Positions 18,734-29,487 of a stretch of 52,339 nucleotides of DNA are shown piece by piece; the first letter of the stretch is position 1; each line of letters starts with the position of its first letter. The stretch is from an uncultured Bacteroidia bacterium (lineage in GTDB: Bacteria > Bacteroidota > Bacteroidia > JACCXN01), in assembly GCA_937995645.1 (NCBI GenBank), contig CALKJP010000068.1, positions 1 through 52,339 of the forward strand, read 5' to 3'. The notes under the pieces were generated by a model. It saw only the letters and a list, made by a program, of their open reading frames with translations, was not told the DNA's origin and ran no database searches. The translations under genes and the position numbers were made by a program.

Positions 18734-20674
18734 ATGTTATCAGTTAGCAATATTACGGTTGAATTTGGAGGATTTACATTATTCTCCGATATATCATTTT
18801 TAATTAATAAAGGCGATAGAATAGGACTTGTAGGAAAAAATGGAGCAGGTAAATCTACCATGCTGAAAATAATTGCCGGAGTTCAAAAACCGAGCAATGG
18901 CTCTGTTGCCATGCAAAATAATCTGGCGATTGGTTATCTGCCGCAAGAAATGTCGCATCAGTCAGGTAAAACAGTGTTTGATGAAGCTGCTACCGCTTTC
19001 GATGAAATTAAAAATTTACAAAAACGCCTAGAAGAAATTAATGAAGAACTTTTAATGCGCACCGATTACGAAACAGATGATTACATGAATCTTATTCAGG
19101 AATTAACCGATCTGAATGAACGCTTTTCTATGATAGATGGTTTTTCGGTACATGCAGAAACCGAAAAAATATTATTAGGATTAGGGTTTAAGAGAACCGA
19201 TTTCGACCGTCAGACAACCGAGTTTAGCGGAGGTTGGCGCATGCGTATTGAGCTTGCAAAAATCCTGTTAAAAAAGCCGGATGTAATTTTATTAGATGAG
19301 CCCACCAATCACTTAGATATAGAATCTATTCAGTGGTTGGAAGAGTTTTTAGGTTCTTATTTTGGAGCGGTTGTTCTTATCTCACACGATAAAGCCTTTT
19401 TAGATAACATTACCAATAGAACAATAGAAATAGTTAACGGAAAAATTTACGATTACAAAGCAAATTATAGCCGATTTGTTGAATTGCGTCAGGAGCGAAT
19501 AGCTGTGCAATTAGCAGAGCAGCGTAATCAGGAAAAGTTTATTGAACATACCGAAAAACTTATTGATAAGTTTAGAGCAAAAAACAGTAAGGCATCCTTT
19601 GCCCAAAGCTTAATAAAGAAGCTCGACAGGATAGAAAAAGTAGAAGTGGATGACGAAGAAAGTGCGAGTATTTATTTCCGTTTTCCTCCTGCACCGCGCT
19701 CAGGTAAAGTTGTGGTAGAAGCCAGAAATGCAGCTAAACATTATGGAGAAAAGAAAATATTTTCAGATGTAAATTTCTTTATAGAACGAGGCTCTAAAGT
19801 AGCTTTTGTAGGAAGAAACGGAGAAGGGAAATCTACCTTATCTAAAATTATTGTGGGTAAAGAAACCGGAGAAGGCGAAATAATTATAGGGCATAATGTA
19901 GATATAGGATACTATGCACAAAATCAATCCGACACACTGGATGGTGAAAGAACAGTATTGCAAACCTTAGACGATGTTGCCGTTGGTGATATTCGCAAAG
20001 GTTTAAGAAATTTATTAGGTGCATTTTTGTTTAGTGGCGATGATGTAGATAAAAAAGTTAAAGTATTATCAGGAGGAGAAAAATCACGCCTTGCCATGTG
20101 TAAATTATTACTTCATCCTTATAATTTATTGGTGCTGGATGAGCCTACCAATCACCTCGATATGCGCTCAAAAGATGTATTGAAAAATGCATTAAAAGAA
20201 TATGATGGAACCTTAATTGTAGTTTCGCACGATCGCGATTTTCTTCAAGGATTAACCGACAAAGTTTATGAATTCAGCAATGGAAAAGTAAAAGAATACA
20301 TAGGCGATGTGTACGAATACTTAAAAATGCGTAAGGTAGAAGATTTTAATCAGTTGGAATTAACGCTTAAAGAAGAAAAGAAAAAGAAAGAAGAAGCATC
20401 GGTTACATCTATTGCCAATGAGCAGAATGATAAGAAACAAAAAGATGCCGAACTGAGAAAATTACAAAACGAAGTTTCAAAAATTGAAAAGGAAATTGAA
20501 CGATTAGAAAAAGAAATTGCACAGGCAGATAATAAACTTCAAAATCCGGATAATTATCAGCAATTAGTAAACGATAGCGCATTTTTTAATACATACAATA
20601 TGTTAAAAGAAAATCTGTCCGAGCAAATCAAACGATGGGAAGATATTCAGCTTCAGCTTGAAATGCAAAAATAA
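18734..20674 (+). CDS. ABC-F family ATPase (two ABC domains plus a C-terminal coiled coil)
   Basis: Two Walker A motifs (GKNGAGKST, GRNGEGKST), two signature motifs (FSGGWRMR, LSGGEKSR) and two Walker B motifs (ILLDEPTNHLD, LVLDEPTNHLD), with no TM domain. ATG 18734 is preferred over TTG 18725. Confidence 0.9.
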   Translation: MLSVSNITVEFGGFTLFSDISFLINKGDRIGLVGKNGAGKSTMLKIIAGVQKPSNGSVAMQNNLAIGYLPQEMSHQSGKTVFDEAATAFDEIKNLQKRLEEINEELLMRTDYETDDYMNLIQELTDLNERFSMIDGFSVHAETEKILLGLGFKRTDFDRQTTEFSGGWRMRIELAKILLKKPDVILLDEPTNHLDIESIQWLEEFLGSYFGAVVLISHDKAFLDNITNRTIEIVNGKIYDYKANYSRFVELRQERIAVQLAEQRNQEKFIEHTEKLIDKFRAKNSKASFAQSLIKKLDRIEKVEVDDEESASIYFRFPPAPRSGKVVVEARNAAKHYGEKKIFSDVNFFIERGSKVAFVGRNGEGKSTLSKIIVGKETGEGEIIIGHNVDIGYYAQNQSDTLDGERTVLQTLDDVAVGDIRKGLRNLLGAFLFSGDDVDKKVKVLSGGEKSRLAMCKLLLHPYNLLVLDEPTNHLDMRSKDVLKNALKEYDGTLIVVSHDRDFLQGLTDKVYEFSNGKVKEYIGDVYEYLKMRKVEDFNQLELTLKEEKKKKEEASVTSIANEQNDKKQKDAELRKLQNEVSKIEKEIERLEKEIAQADNKLQNPDNYQQLVNDSAFFNTYNMLKENLSEQIKRWEDIQLQLEMQK

Positions 20675-20759
20675 ATTACCCTTTTAAAAGCATTATTTGC
20701 CAATCAGCACAAAATCCTTCCATTAATCGAATTGATGTATGTTGCTTTTATCGGTAATG

Positions 20760-20767
20760 TATATTTG
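20760..20767 (+). promoter_or_regulatory. Bacteroidota-type -7 promoter box (TAnnTTTG)
   Basis: TATATTTG lies 19 nt upstream of the tolC-like ATG (20786). Confidence 0.4.
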
Positions 20768-20785
20768 CTTTAATAATTTAATCCT

Positions 20786-22201
20786 ATGCGTAAATTTGTT
20801 TTAATTATACATTTTCTTTTAACTTTTTCTGTCCATGCTCAACAATTATGGGATTTAAAAAAATGTATAGATTTTGCCCTTGAGAATAATCTTCAAATAA
20901 AACAAAGTCGTCTTAATCAAAATCTTTCAGAACAAAATTATTTACGAAGCAAAGTAGCCACCTTACCAACATTAAATGCATTTGCCTCACACAATTATAA
21001 CTTTGGAAGAACTATTGATCCTTTTACTAATCAGTTTGCTACACAAACCGTACAATCTAATGCATTTTCTATAAGTGCCAACTGGATTTTGTTTAATGGC
21101 TTTCAAACTATTAATGCCATCCGTCAGAACAATTACAACTTACTGGCAAATAAATATGATTTAGAAAAAGTTAAAAACGATATAGCACTAGCAGTTATAT
21201 CAGCATACCTAAATGTACTGTACCTCGAAGAACAATTACAAATAGCAGAGCAACAAGTTTTGCTTTCTCAAAAACAAGTAGAACGAATCAACTTATTATT
21301 CAATACAGGCGCAGTAGCAAAAGGCTCCATCCTCGATATGCAGGCGCAGTTAGCTAATGATGAATTACAAAAAATTACTATACAAAATCAGTTAGACATT
21401 GCATATCTTACACTTATGCAGTTAATGGAATTAAATACACAGGAACGTATTAAAATTGTAAAGCCACAAACGGTACTCCCTTTAGAAAATTCCTTAAATA
21501 TGCCACCATCCGGAATTTATCAGGCTGCAATAAATAATCAACCCGATATAAAAGCTGCCGAAATAAGAGTAAACAGCGCAAATATGGGAGTAATGTCGGC
21601 AAGAGGAACTTATACGCCACGTTTAACACTTTCTGCATCGTATGGAACAGGTTTTTCAGGTTTACGAAAAGAAGTAATCGGAAGTCCTATTTTAACAGGT
21701 TTTGATACCGTTGGCTTTACTACTGCTATGGATTATGTACTTGTTCCAAATTATACCTTTGATACACGCGTTACTCCATTTAATCGTCAGCTACTAGATA
21801 ATCAAAACAGAACTATTGGAGTAAATTTAGTAATACCAATATTTAATGGCCTGCAAGCACGTTTAGCAACATCAAATGCAAAAATTCAGCGTAGCAATGC
21901 AGAACTTGCTTTGGAAACCGTAAAACGCCAGTTGGAAAAAACAATACAACAAGCACATGCTGATGCGGTGGCTGCATATAAAAAATATGTGGCCACTGAA
22001 AAATCAGTAAATGCATTAACTGAAGCTTTTACTTACGTTGAGCAACGTTTTAATGTTGGAGCAGTAAATGCCATTGAATATAATGATGCTAAAAATCGCC
22101 TTGCCAGAGCACAAGCAGAACTTTTACAATCAAAATTTGATTATACGTTTAAAGTTAAAATATTAGATTTTTACCAAGGGAAACCCTTAGGATTTAATTA
22201 A
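20786..22201 (+). CDS. TolC family outer-membrane efflux protein
   Basis: 471 aa with a signal peptide (...FSVHAQQ). It has the two-repeat OEP architecture: LKKCIDFALENNLQIKQS... and a second repeat ...AVNAIEYNDAKNRLARAQAELLQSKFDY. Confidence 0.85.
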   Translation: MRKFVLIIHFLLTFSVHAQQLWDLKKCIDFALENNLQIKQSRLNQNLSEQNYLRSKVATLPTLNAFASHNYNFGRTIDPFTNQFATQTVQSNAFSISANWILFNGFQTINAIRQNNYNLLANKYDLEKVKNDIALAVISAYLNVLYLEEQLQIAEQQVLLSQKQVERINLLFNTGAVAKGSILDMQAQLANDELQKITIQNQLDIAYLTLMQLMELNTQERIKIVKPQTVLPLENSLNMPPSGIYQAAINNQPDIKAAEIRVNSANMGVMSARGTYTPRLTLSASYGTGFSGLRKEVIGSPILTGFDTVGFTTAMDYVLVPNYTFDTRVTPFNRQLLDNQNRTIGVNLVIPIFNGLQARLATSNAKIQRSNAELALETVKRQLEKTIQQAHADAVAAYKKYVATEKSVNALTEAFTYVEQRFNVGAVNAIEYNDAKNRLARAQAELLQSKFDYTFKVKILDFYQGKPLGFN

Positions 22202-22214
22202 TAAATGTTTAAAA

Positions 22215-23528
22215 ATGAAAATTAAGAAAAAACATATTTACTTGGGAGTTTCAATTTTGCTTTTGCTGATATTTGCGATTTACAAAGGTATGCAAGGACC
22301 AAAAGCATTTGATGTTACAACAGAGAAAGCGCAAAATAGAATAATAGTTGAAACAGTAATAGCAAACGGTAAAGTACAACCAGAGGTACAAGTAAAAATA
22401 AGCTCAGATGTTTCCGGACAAATAATAGAGTTAAATGTTAAAGAAGGCGACCAGGTTAAAAAAGGAGATATACTTGTTAAAATTAATCCTGATTTATATT
22501 TATCCGTACGCGATAGATTAGCAGCGGCATTAAATACGGCAAAAGCCAACGTTGCAAATGCTAAAGCACGTTTAGCTCAAAGCAAAGCCCAATTTATAAA
22601 TGCAGAAGCAACATTTAACAGAAACAAAACCTTGCATCAGCAGGGTGCCATTTCAGTAGCAGAATTTGATGCAGCAAAATCGCAATATGAAGTTGCTAAA
22701 GCAGAAGTAGAAGCTGCCGAACAAAATGTTATTGCTGCAGAGTATAATTTAAAAAGTGCCGAAGCCTCACTAAATGAAGCAAATGATAATTTGCAAAGAA
22801 CAACTATTACAGCTCCGGTTGATGGAACAGTTTCTATGTTAAATGTAGAGAAAGGCGAAAGAGTAGTGGGAACAACGCAAATGGCCGGTACTGAATTAAT
22901 GCGTATAGCAAATCTTACAGAAATGGAAGTAAAAGTTGATGTAAACGAAAACGATATAGTTCGAATTAAATTAGGCGATACTGCTGATGTAGAAATTGAT
23001 GCCTATTTAGGAAGAAAGTTTAAAGGCGTAGTTAGGGAAATTGCTAATTCAGCAAAAGTAACAGGGCTTTCGGCAGATCAGGTAACCAATTTTGAAGTAA
23101 AAGTTCGAATTTTAAGAAATTCGTATGAAGATTTAATTAACAAAGAAAAACCTCATTTATCACCATTTCGTCCGGGTATGACGGCTTCGGTAGAAATAAA
23201 AACCAGTTATGTAGATAATGCCTTAAGTGTACCGATACAATCGGTTACAACCAGAGAAGATACAGCAAAAATTAAACAAAATAAAGTATCACCGGATGAA
23301 TTAAATCGTGAAAACAGTTTTGAATGTGTTTTTGTATATCAGGATGGTAAAGCCGTGATGAAAAAAGTTAAAACCGGAATTCAAGATAGTAAATACATTC
23401 AACTGCTGTCAGGCATTGAAGTTGGAGAAGAAGTTATTACAGGGCCATATACCACTGTTTCTAAACAATTGAAAGACGGAGATAAAGTTGTGGTAAAAGA
23501 TGATGTTCAGGAAAATAAAAATAAATAA
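22215..23528 (+). CDS. efflux transporter periplasmic adaptor (HlyD/MacA-like membrane-fusion protein)
   Basis: 437 aa: N-terminal TM anchor, lipoyl-like GQIIELNVKEGDQVKKGDILVKI, a long coiled-coil segment, then ITAPVDGTVSMLNVEKGE. Confidence 0.85.
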   Translation: MKIKKKHIYLGVSILLLLIFAIYKGMQGPKAFDVTTEKAQNRIIVETVIANGKVQPEVQVKISSDVSGQIIELNVKEGDQVKKGDILVKINPDLYLSVRDRLAAALNTAKANVANAKARLAQSKAQFINAEATFNRNKTLHQQGAISVAEFDAAKSQYEVAKAEVEAAEQNVIAAEYNLKSAEASLNEANDNLQRTTITAPVDGTVSMLNVEKGERVVGTTQMAGTELMRIANLTEMEVKVDVNENDIVRIKLGDTADVEIDAYLGRKFKGVVREIANSAKVTGLSADQVTNFEVKVRILRNSYEDLINKEKPHLSPFRPGMTASVEIKTSYVDNALSVPIQSVTTREDTAKIKQNKVSPDELNRENSFECVFVYQDGKAVMKKVKTGIQDSKYIQLLSGIEVGEEVITGPYTTVSKQLKDGDKVVVKDDVQENKNK

Positions 23529-23549
23529 ATTAATGTTTAAACATTAATA

Positions 23550-24242
23550 ATGAAAGCTCCTTTAATTTTATGTATTGAAACGGCTACAAAAATGTGTTCC
23601 GTAGCACTGTTTAAGGGAGAAGAATTATTATCGCTTAAAGAGCATGGCGGAACCTATTCCCATGCAGAAAATCTTACTGTATTTATTGAGCAGGTTGTTG
23701 TTAAAGCAAATGTGTCCTTGCTACAAATTGATGCCATTGCCATAAGCAAAGGTCCGGGTTCTTATACCGGTTTAAGAATAGGTGTTTCTACTGTAAAGGG
23801 ATTGGCATTTGCGCTTCAAAAACCTATTATTGCTGTTGATACCTTATTATCAATGGCAAACCTGGCAGTAAAAGAATATAAAGGGGAGAGGCTCTATTTA
23901 TGTCCAATGATAGATGCCAGAAGAATGGAAGTGTATTGTGCTATTTATGATAAATATTTAAATGTGATAAAACCAGTTTCGGCAGAAATTATAACAGAAC
24001 ATATTTTTGATAAAATTGTAGGTGATAAAAAAGTAATTTTATTTGGCGATGGCGCTCAAAAGTGCAAAGAAGTTTTTAAGAATAAAAACAATTATATTTT
24101 TACACAACAGGAATTTATTTCAGCAAAAGGTTTAATACATGCTGCACTTGAAAAATGGAAACAAAAAGAGTTTGAAGATGTAGCTTACTTTGAGCCTTTT
24201 TATCTTAAGGATTTTGTTTCAACACATATAAATATTAAATAA
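23550..24242 (+). CDS. tsaB: tRNA t6A biosynthesis protein TsaB
   Basis: 230 aa. ILCIETATKMCSVAL and GPGSYTGLRIGVSTVKGLAFAL are typical of YeaZ/TsaB. Confidence 0.85.
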   Translation: MKAPLILCIETATKMCSVALFKGEELLSLKEHGGTYSHAENLTVFIEQVVVKANVSLLQIDAIAISKGPGSYTGLRIGVSTVKGLAFALQKPIIAVDTLLSMANLAVKEYKGERLYLCPMIDARRMEVYCAIYDKYLNVIKPVSAEIITEHIFDKIVGDKKVILFGDGAQKCKEVFKNKNNYIFTQQEFISAKGLIHAALEKWKQKEFEDVAYFEPFYLKDFVSTHINIK

Positions 24243-24269
24243 AAAACTCCCGATTTTCGGGAGTTTTTT
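24243..24269. terminator. bidirectional rho-independent terminator between tsaB and recQ
   Basis: AAAACTCCCG-ATTTT-CGGGAGTTTT, flanked by A-run and T-run. Confidence 0.7.
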
Positions 24270-24284
24270 AGAGATTTTGAGGAT

Positions 24285-26489
24285 TTAATTCCCCATTTCG
24301 CTCATAAACTTAATGTGCATCAATCGGATTTCTTCGGGCAAATAATCATTTTCTCCAAGTGCTTTTAATGCTTCGTCAACATCAAAATGTTCGGTTTCGC
24401 GAATGTATTCGTAAATTTCTTCTTGTTTGTCTTCATCAATTACTTCGTCAATAAAATACTTAATATTTACCTTAGTTCCGGAATGAACAATGCTTTCAAT
24501 TTCGTTTAGCAATTCGTCCATCTCAATACCTTTTGCTTCGGCAATTGCATCTAAAGGAACTTTTCTGTCAATACTTTGAATGATATAAACTTTTAAACCT
24601 GATTTGTTTACCGGTGATTTAACTACTAAATCTTGCGGACGTTCAATCTCATTTTCTTCTACATATTTAGCAATTAATTCTATAAACGGCTTACCAAATT
24701 TAGCTGCTTTGCCAGCACCTACCCCTGAAATGTTTTTTAATTCATCTAGCGTAATTGGGTAAGAAGTGGCCATTTCTTCCAAAGATGTATCTTGGAAAAT
24801 AACGTAAGGAGGTAGGTTTTCCTTTTTTGCTACTTTTTTTCGTAAATCTTTTAGCATGTTAAATAATGCCTCGTCAGCAGTTCCTCCACCACCGGATGAA
24901 GGTTGCGATACTTCTTCATCATCGTTAGTTTTATCAAAATCCTGTTCTTTGGCTACCATAACCTGATACGGTTTTTTAATAAATTCCTTACCTGTTTTAC
25001 TTACTTTAAGTAAACCGTAGTTTTCTATGTCTTTAGTTATTAAACCCATTATTAAGCAATGACGGATAATGGTATTCCAAAATTTTTCATCCTGATCTGC
25101 TCCTTCACCAAATACATCCAGTTCATCGTGCTTATACGATTTAATAGCTGAAGAACTTTGTCCAAGTAAAACATTAACAATGTGTTTTGCCTTGAATTTT
25201 TCTTTTACGGCTAAAATCGTCTGCAATAATAACAAAATTTCTTCTTGAGCTTCAAATTTTGGTTTTGGATTTCTGCAATTATCGCAATTACCTCCACATT
25301 TAGAATCGTCAAATTCTTCGCCAAAATAATGTAAGAGCATTTTTCTACGGCACATGCTCGATTCGGCATACGATACTACATCTTGCAATAATTGTTTGCC
25401 AATTTCTTGTTCGGCAACCGGTTTGCCGTTTAAGAATTTTTCTAATTTTTCAATATCATCGTAGCTGTAAAAAGTTATACAGTTTCCTTCTCCGCCATCG
25501 CGTCCGGCACGTCCGGTTTCTTGATAATAACCTTCCAGGCTTTTTGGAATGTCGTGGTGTATTACATATCGTACATCCGGTTTGTCAATTCCCATTCCAA
25601 AGGCAATGGTAGCTACTATAACATGTATTTCTTCCATTAAAAATTGGTCTTGAGTTTTGGCACGTGTAGCAGCATCTAATCCTGCATGATACGGTAATGC
25701 TTTTATACCATTTACCTGCAAAAACTCAGCTAATTCTTCTACTTTTTTACGGCTTAAGCAATATATAATGCCCGATTTGCCTTCTTGCTGGCGGATGTAT
25801 TTAACAATGTCTTTAACTACATTATCACCTTTTGGGCGAATTTCATAGTATAAATTTTCGCGGTTAAATGATGATTTAAATAAATCAGCATCTATCATTC
25901 CTAGATTTTTCTGAATATCCTGCTGAACTTTAGGTGTAGCAGTAGCTGTTAATGCTATTACAGGGCGTTTACCTATTTGTTCCATAATAGGACGAAGTCT
26001 GCGATATTCAGGCCGGAAGTCATGCCCCCATTCTGAAATACAATGCGCTTCATCTATGGCATAGAAGGATATTTTTATCTCCGATAAAAATTCTACATTT
26101 TCCTGTTTGTTTAATGATTCAGGAGCTACATATAATAGTTTAGTTTTTCCGGAAAGAATGTCTTTTTTTACCTGTGCTATTTCGCCTTTATTAAGTGATG
26201 AATTTAAAAAGTGTGCTACTCCGTCTTCAGCACTAAATCCTCTAATAGCATCTACCTGATTTTTCATTAAGGCGATTAATGGCGATACCACAATAGCAGT
26301 TCCTTCGCAGATTAATGCAGGTAATTGATAGCATAATGATTTGCCGCCTCCGGTAGGCATTATTACAAAGGTGTCCCTTCCTTCTAATAAATTGGCGATA
26401 ATTGCTTCCTGATTTCCTTTAAATTTGCTAAACCCAAAATACTTTTGCAGTGATTCTGTAAGTGAGTTGGTTTCAATCTCTTCTATCAT
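24285..26489 (-). CDS. recQ: ATP-dependent DNA helicase RecQ
   Basis: 734 aa: GFSKFKGNQEAII, Walker A MPTGGGKS, DEAHCISEWGHDFRPEY, a Zn-binding CRRKMLLHYFGE...CGGNCDNC, and a C-terminal HRDC-like region. Confidence 0.95.
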   Translation of the reverse strand: MIEEIETNSLTESLQKYFGFSKFKGNQEAIIANLLEGRDTFVIMPTGGGKSLCYQLPALICEGTAIVVSPLIALMKNQVDAIRGFSAEDGVAHFLNSSLNKGEIAQVKKDILSGKTKLLYVAPESLNKQENVEFLSEIKISFYAIDEAHCISEWGHDFRPEYRRLRPIMEQIGKRPVIALTATATPKVQQDIQKNLGMIDADLFKSSFNRENLYYEIRPKGDNVVKDIVKYIRQQEGKSGIIYCLSRKKVEELAEFLQVNGIKALPYHAGLDAATRAKTQDQFLMEEIHVIVATIAFGMGIDKPDVRYVIHHDIPKSLEGYYQETGRAGRDGGEGNCITFYSYDDIEKLEKFLNGKPVAEQEIGKQLLQDVVSYAESSMCRRKMLLHYFGEEFDDSKCGGNCDNCRNPKPKFEAQEEILLLLQTILAVKEKFKAKHIVNVLLGQSSSAIKSYKHDELDVFGEGADQDEKFWNTIIRHCLIMGLITKDIENYGLLKVSKTGKEFIKKPYQVMVAKEQDFDKTNDDEEVSQPSSGGGGTADEALFNMLKDLRKKVAKKENLPPYVIFQDTSLEEMATSYPITLDELKNISGVGAGKAAKFGKPFIELIAKYVEENEIERPQDLVVKSPVNKSGLKVYIIQSIDRKVPLDAIAEAKGIEMDELLNEIESIVHSGTKVNIKYFIDEVIDEDKQEEIYEYIRETEHFDVDEALKALGENDYLPEEIRLMHIKFMSEMGN

Positions 26490-26658
26490 TTTTATCCCTT
26501 TTTTAAAATTTGCACTCTAAAGATATAATAAAAATTCCGTAATAATCACACAAATTATATAGCTTTAACAAAAAAAAATACCAAAATATATTTTTGTTCG
26601 ATAAATAAATTTTTAAATTATTGTTTAATACTATTTGTTTATTAATTTTCAAATTAAA

Positions 26659-27621
26659 ATGAGTCCTGATAAAATAATAGAAAGTGCAAAAAAAACAATA
26701 GCACTCGAACAATCAGCCATAGCAGGTCTTACAAATTACATAAATGATGAATTTGCCGCTTGTGTAACGCATATTTATAACAGCAAAGGAAGAGTAATTG
26801 TAACAGGCATTGGCAAAAGCGCCATAATTGCAACTAAAATTGTAGCTACATTAAATTCTACCGGAACTCCAGCCATATTCATGCATGCAGCAGATGCTAT
26901 TCATGGCGATTTGGGAACCATACAAAAGGATGATGTGGTTATATGTATTTCTAAAAGCGGAAACACTCCCGAAATAAAAGTATTGGTTCCACTCTTAAAA
27001 AACTTTGGGAATAAACTTATTGCTTTAGTTGGTAATACAGATTCTTATTTAGCTAAACAAGCTGATTTTGTTTTAAATTGTACTGTACCTCAAGAAGCTT
27101 GTCCTAATAATTTGGCCCCTACATCTAGTACTACGGCTCAATTGGTAATAGGCGATGCGCTTGCAATTTGCTTATTAGAATGCAGAGGATTTACCAGCGA
27201 AGATTTTGCTAAGTATCATCCGGGTGGTTCGCTGGGTAAACGACTGTATTTAAAGGTAGGCGATTTGATAGTTAATAATGAAGTTCCAAAGGTGAATGTT
27301 GATGCCGGAATAAGAGAGGTAATTATGGAAATTTCTTCTAAACGTTTAGGAACCACTGCGGTGTTAAAAAATGGTGAACTTATTGGTATTATTACTGATG
27401 GAGATTTAAGAAGAATGATTGAAAAGACTACCGATTTAACCGGAATTACTGCAAAAGAAATTATGACTGCTAATCCTAAATGCATTGATAAATCAGAGCT
27501 GGCTGTAAATGCATTGCAAATGTTTCAAAAATATAATATCACCCAGTTAGTAGTTACCGATAAGGGTTCTTATTCAGGCATTTTACATTTTCATGATTTG
27601 TTAAGAGAAGGAATTATATAA
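26659..27621 (+). CDS. kpsF: arabinose-5-phosphate isomerase (SIS plus tandem CBS), KpsF/GutQ family
   Basis: The SIS motif GIGKSAIIATKIVATLNSTGTPA and C-terminal CBS pairs are present. ATG 26659 (MSPDKIIE) is preferred over the upstream ORF-track start. Confidence 0.9.
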   Translation: MSPDKIIESAKKTIALEQSAIAGLTNYINDEFAACVTHIYNSKGRVIVTGIGKSAIIATKIVATLNSTGTPAIFMHAADAIHGDLGTIQKDDVVICISKSGNTPEIKVLVPLLKNFGNKLIALVGNTDSYLAKQADFVLNCTVPQEACPNNLAPTSSTTAQLVIGDALAICLLECRGFTSEDFAKYHPGGSLGKRLYLKVGDLIVNNEVPKVNVDAGIREVIMEISSKRLGTTAVLKNGELIGIITDGDLRRMIEKTTDLTGITAKEIMTANPKCIDKSELAVNALQMFQKYNITQLVVTDKGSYSGILHFHDLLREGII

Positions 27622-28334
27622 TGCAAATTGCTGTTGTTATACCTGCTTATAATGAAGAACAATCTATTGCTATGGTTGTAGAAAGCGTGCATCAGGCAGC
27701 AGCAAAATTTAATTTATTACTAACTCCGGTTGTAGTTAACGATTGTTCTAAAGATGCAACAGGCGAAATAATATCAAAAATCAATTGTGTAGCAATTCAT
27801 CTTCCCGTAAATCTTGGTATAGGAGGAGCTGTGCAAACGGGCATGAAATATGCATTTGAAAATAAGTTTGACTATGCTGTGCAAATGGATGGCGATGGTC
27901 AACATCCGGCTGAAGAATTAATAAAACTGATAGAGTGTGCTAATAACGAAAATGCAGATGTGGTGATTGGTTCTCGCTTTATTTCCGGAGAAGGTTTTCA
28001 GTCATCATATATGCGAAGGATTGGAATAAGATTTTTTTCTAAACTAATAAAGGTACTGACCGGTTATAAAATAGCTGATACTACTTCCGGTTATCGTTTA
28101 TTTAATCGAAAGGCATTAGCATTAATTGATGAATATTATCCAGATGAATACCCGGAGCCGGAAGCCATTATTTATTTCTCAAAAAGCAATTTAAAGGTAG
28201 TAGAAACACCTGTGAAAATGCAGGAAAGGCAAGGTGGCGTTTCTTCCATAGGTTTTTATGCATCGGTATATTATATGTTTAAAGTTTCACTCGCTTTAAT
28301 TTTTACTTACATTAGATTATATAAAAGAAACTAG
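27621..28334 (+). CDS. glycosyltransferase family 2 (polyprenol-phosphate sugar transferase-like)
   Basis: 237 aa. IAVVIPAYNEEQSI, VVNDCSKDAT and QMDGDGQHP (DxD-type), with a C-terminal TM helix. Confidence 0.85.
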   Translation: MQIAVVIPAYNEEQSIAMVVESVHQAAAKFNLLLTPVVVNDCSKDATGEIISKINCVAIHLPVNLGIGGAVQTGMKYAFENKFDYAVQMDGDGQHPAEELIKLIECANNENADVVIGSRFISGEGFQSSYMRRIGIRFFSKLIKVLTGYKIADTTSGYRLFNRKALALIDEYYPDEYPEPEAIIYFSKSNLKVVETPVKMQERQGGVSSIGFYASVYYMFKVSLALIFTYIRLYKRN

Positions 28335-28336
28335 TT

Positions 28337-28684
28337 ATGGATAGAATACAGATATTGGCCATATTGGCAAGTTTAGGGTTCTTGCTTTACATAGCACGAT
28401 TAATAGTAAAAGGAAAATTGCGCGAAGAATATGCAATCATTTGGATTGTTTGTACAATTATTTTGGTAATATTTTCTGTTTGGAGAAATGGATTGGAAGT
28501 TTTCTCTAGAATACTGGGAATATATGAAGCCCCCAATATGGTTTTTACAGGTGCAATTTTTGTAATTATGATTTACTTGTTACATCTTTCAATTGTATTA
28601 TCAAAATTGCAAGAGCAAAATAAAAAACTTGCGCAAGAATTGGCTTTGCTTAAAGAAAAACTTTTACATCAAGCTAAGGCATAA
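28337..28684 (+). CDS. DUF2304-like small membrane protein (usual partner of the preceding GT2)
   Basis: 115 aa with three TM helices and a coiled C-terminus, 3 nt after the GT2 stop. Confidence 0.6.
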   Translation: MDRIQILAILASLGFLLYIARLIVKGKLREEYAIIWIVCTIILVIFSVWRNGLEVFSRILGIYEAPNMVFTGAIFVIMIYLLHLSIVLSKLQEQNKKLAQELALLKEKLLHQAKA

Positions 28685-29487
28685 ATTAGCAATTTGCCTT
28701 TGGTAAGTACAGCCAATTTATTTTTATTTACCTTCACCATTTTTATTTCATTTGAAGGAATATCGGGCAGTGGAATGATTTTTTCTTGAAGTGTTTTAGT
28801 ATTGTATTGAATAAATTTTTCCCCATCAAAAAGTAAAAGATTATTTTCAAAAACTTGCATATTTACAAGGTTTTTCTTTGGAATAGTTTTTAAATAAGTG
28901 CCATAAATATCAAATATAAGGATGCCCGATAAAGGATTGTAAACATATAGCCAGTTTCCTTCTTCCATCATCCATTCCGGGTTTAGACGAGTGCCTATTA
29001 TCTGGGCTAAATTTCCGGTTTGATGTGTTATTTTAAAATGTTGATCAACACGGGTTAATTGAAATTGTAAGCGGTCGTATAACCAAAGCCCGCTGTTGTA
29101 TGATGCGCAAACAGCGGAAGTTTGCTCCATTTGTAATTTTTGTAGCCATACAGTTTCACCGTTTTGTGCAATCATGTTATCTAAAAAAATAATAGCAGGT
29201 AAATCTTCAAAAAACACTACTATTTTTAAAGGATTTCTTGCATCTACCGATGTAATTTTTCCTAAACTTTTATCGCTAAACCTATTTTTTAAAAAGCCGG
29301 TAGAATCATACATCAGAATTTCATTTTTATTGTATAGGTAAAAATTTCCAATGTTGTCGCTGGTAAAGGCATCTGCTTTTGTATCAATTGTGTTGATTAA
29401 ACGATACGGGGAGGTCTGTGCAAGCAAATGTGTTTGAATAAGCATTGCAATAAAAAAAATGATGCCTTGGAAATTATTTTTTTTCAA
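28669..29487 (-). CDS. hypothetical secreted protein
   Basis: 272 aa with signal peptide ...IQTHLLAQT. The beta-rich repetitive pattern is possibly propeller-like. It has a 4-nt overlap with the upstream GH3 gene. Confidence 0.5.
   Translation of the reverse strand: MKKNNFQGIIFFIAMLIQTHLLAQTSPYRLINTIDTKADAFTSDNIGNFYLYNKNEILMYDSTGFLKNRFSDKSLGKITSVDARNPLKIVVFFEDLPAIIFLDNMIAQNGETVWLQKLQMEQTSAVCASYNSGLWLYDRLQFQLTRVDQHFKITHQTGNLAQIIGTRLNPEWMMEEGNWLYVYNPLSGILIFDIYGTYLKTIPKKNLVNMQVFENNLLLFDGEKFIQYNTKTLQEKIIPLPDIPSNEIKMVKVNKNKLAVLTKGKLLIYALA

Noticed and set aside
20786-23528. TolC plus membrane-fusion protein without an adjacent inner-membrane pump, as an anomaly
   Set aside because: The operon is followed by tsaB. 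The cognate ABC or RND pump is probably encoded elsewhere, and orphan OMF-MFP pairs are common, so this is not informative on its own.
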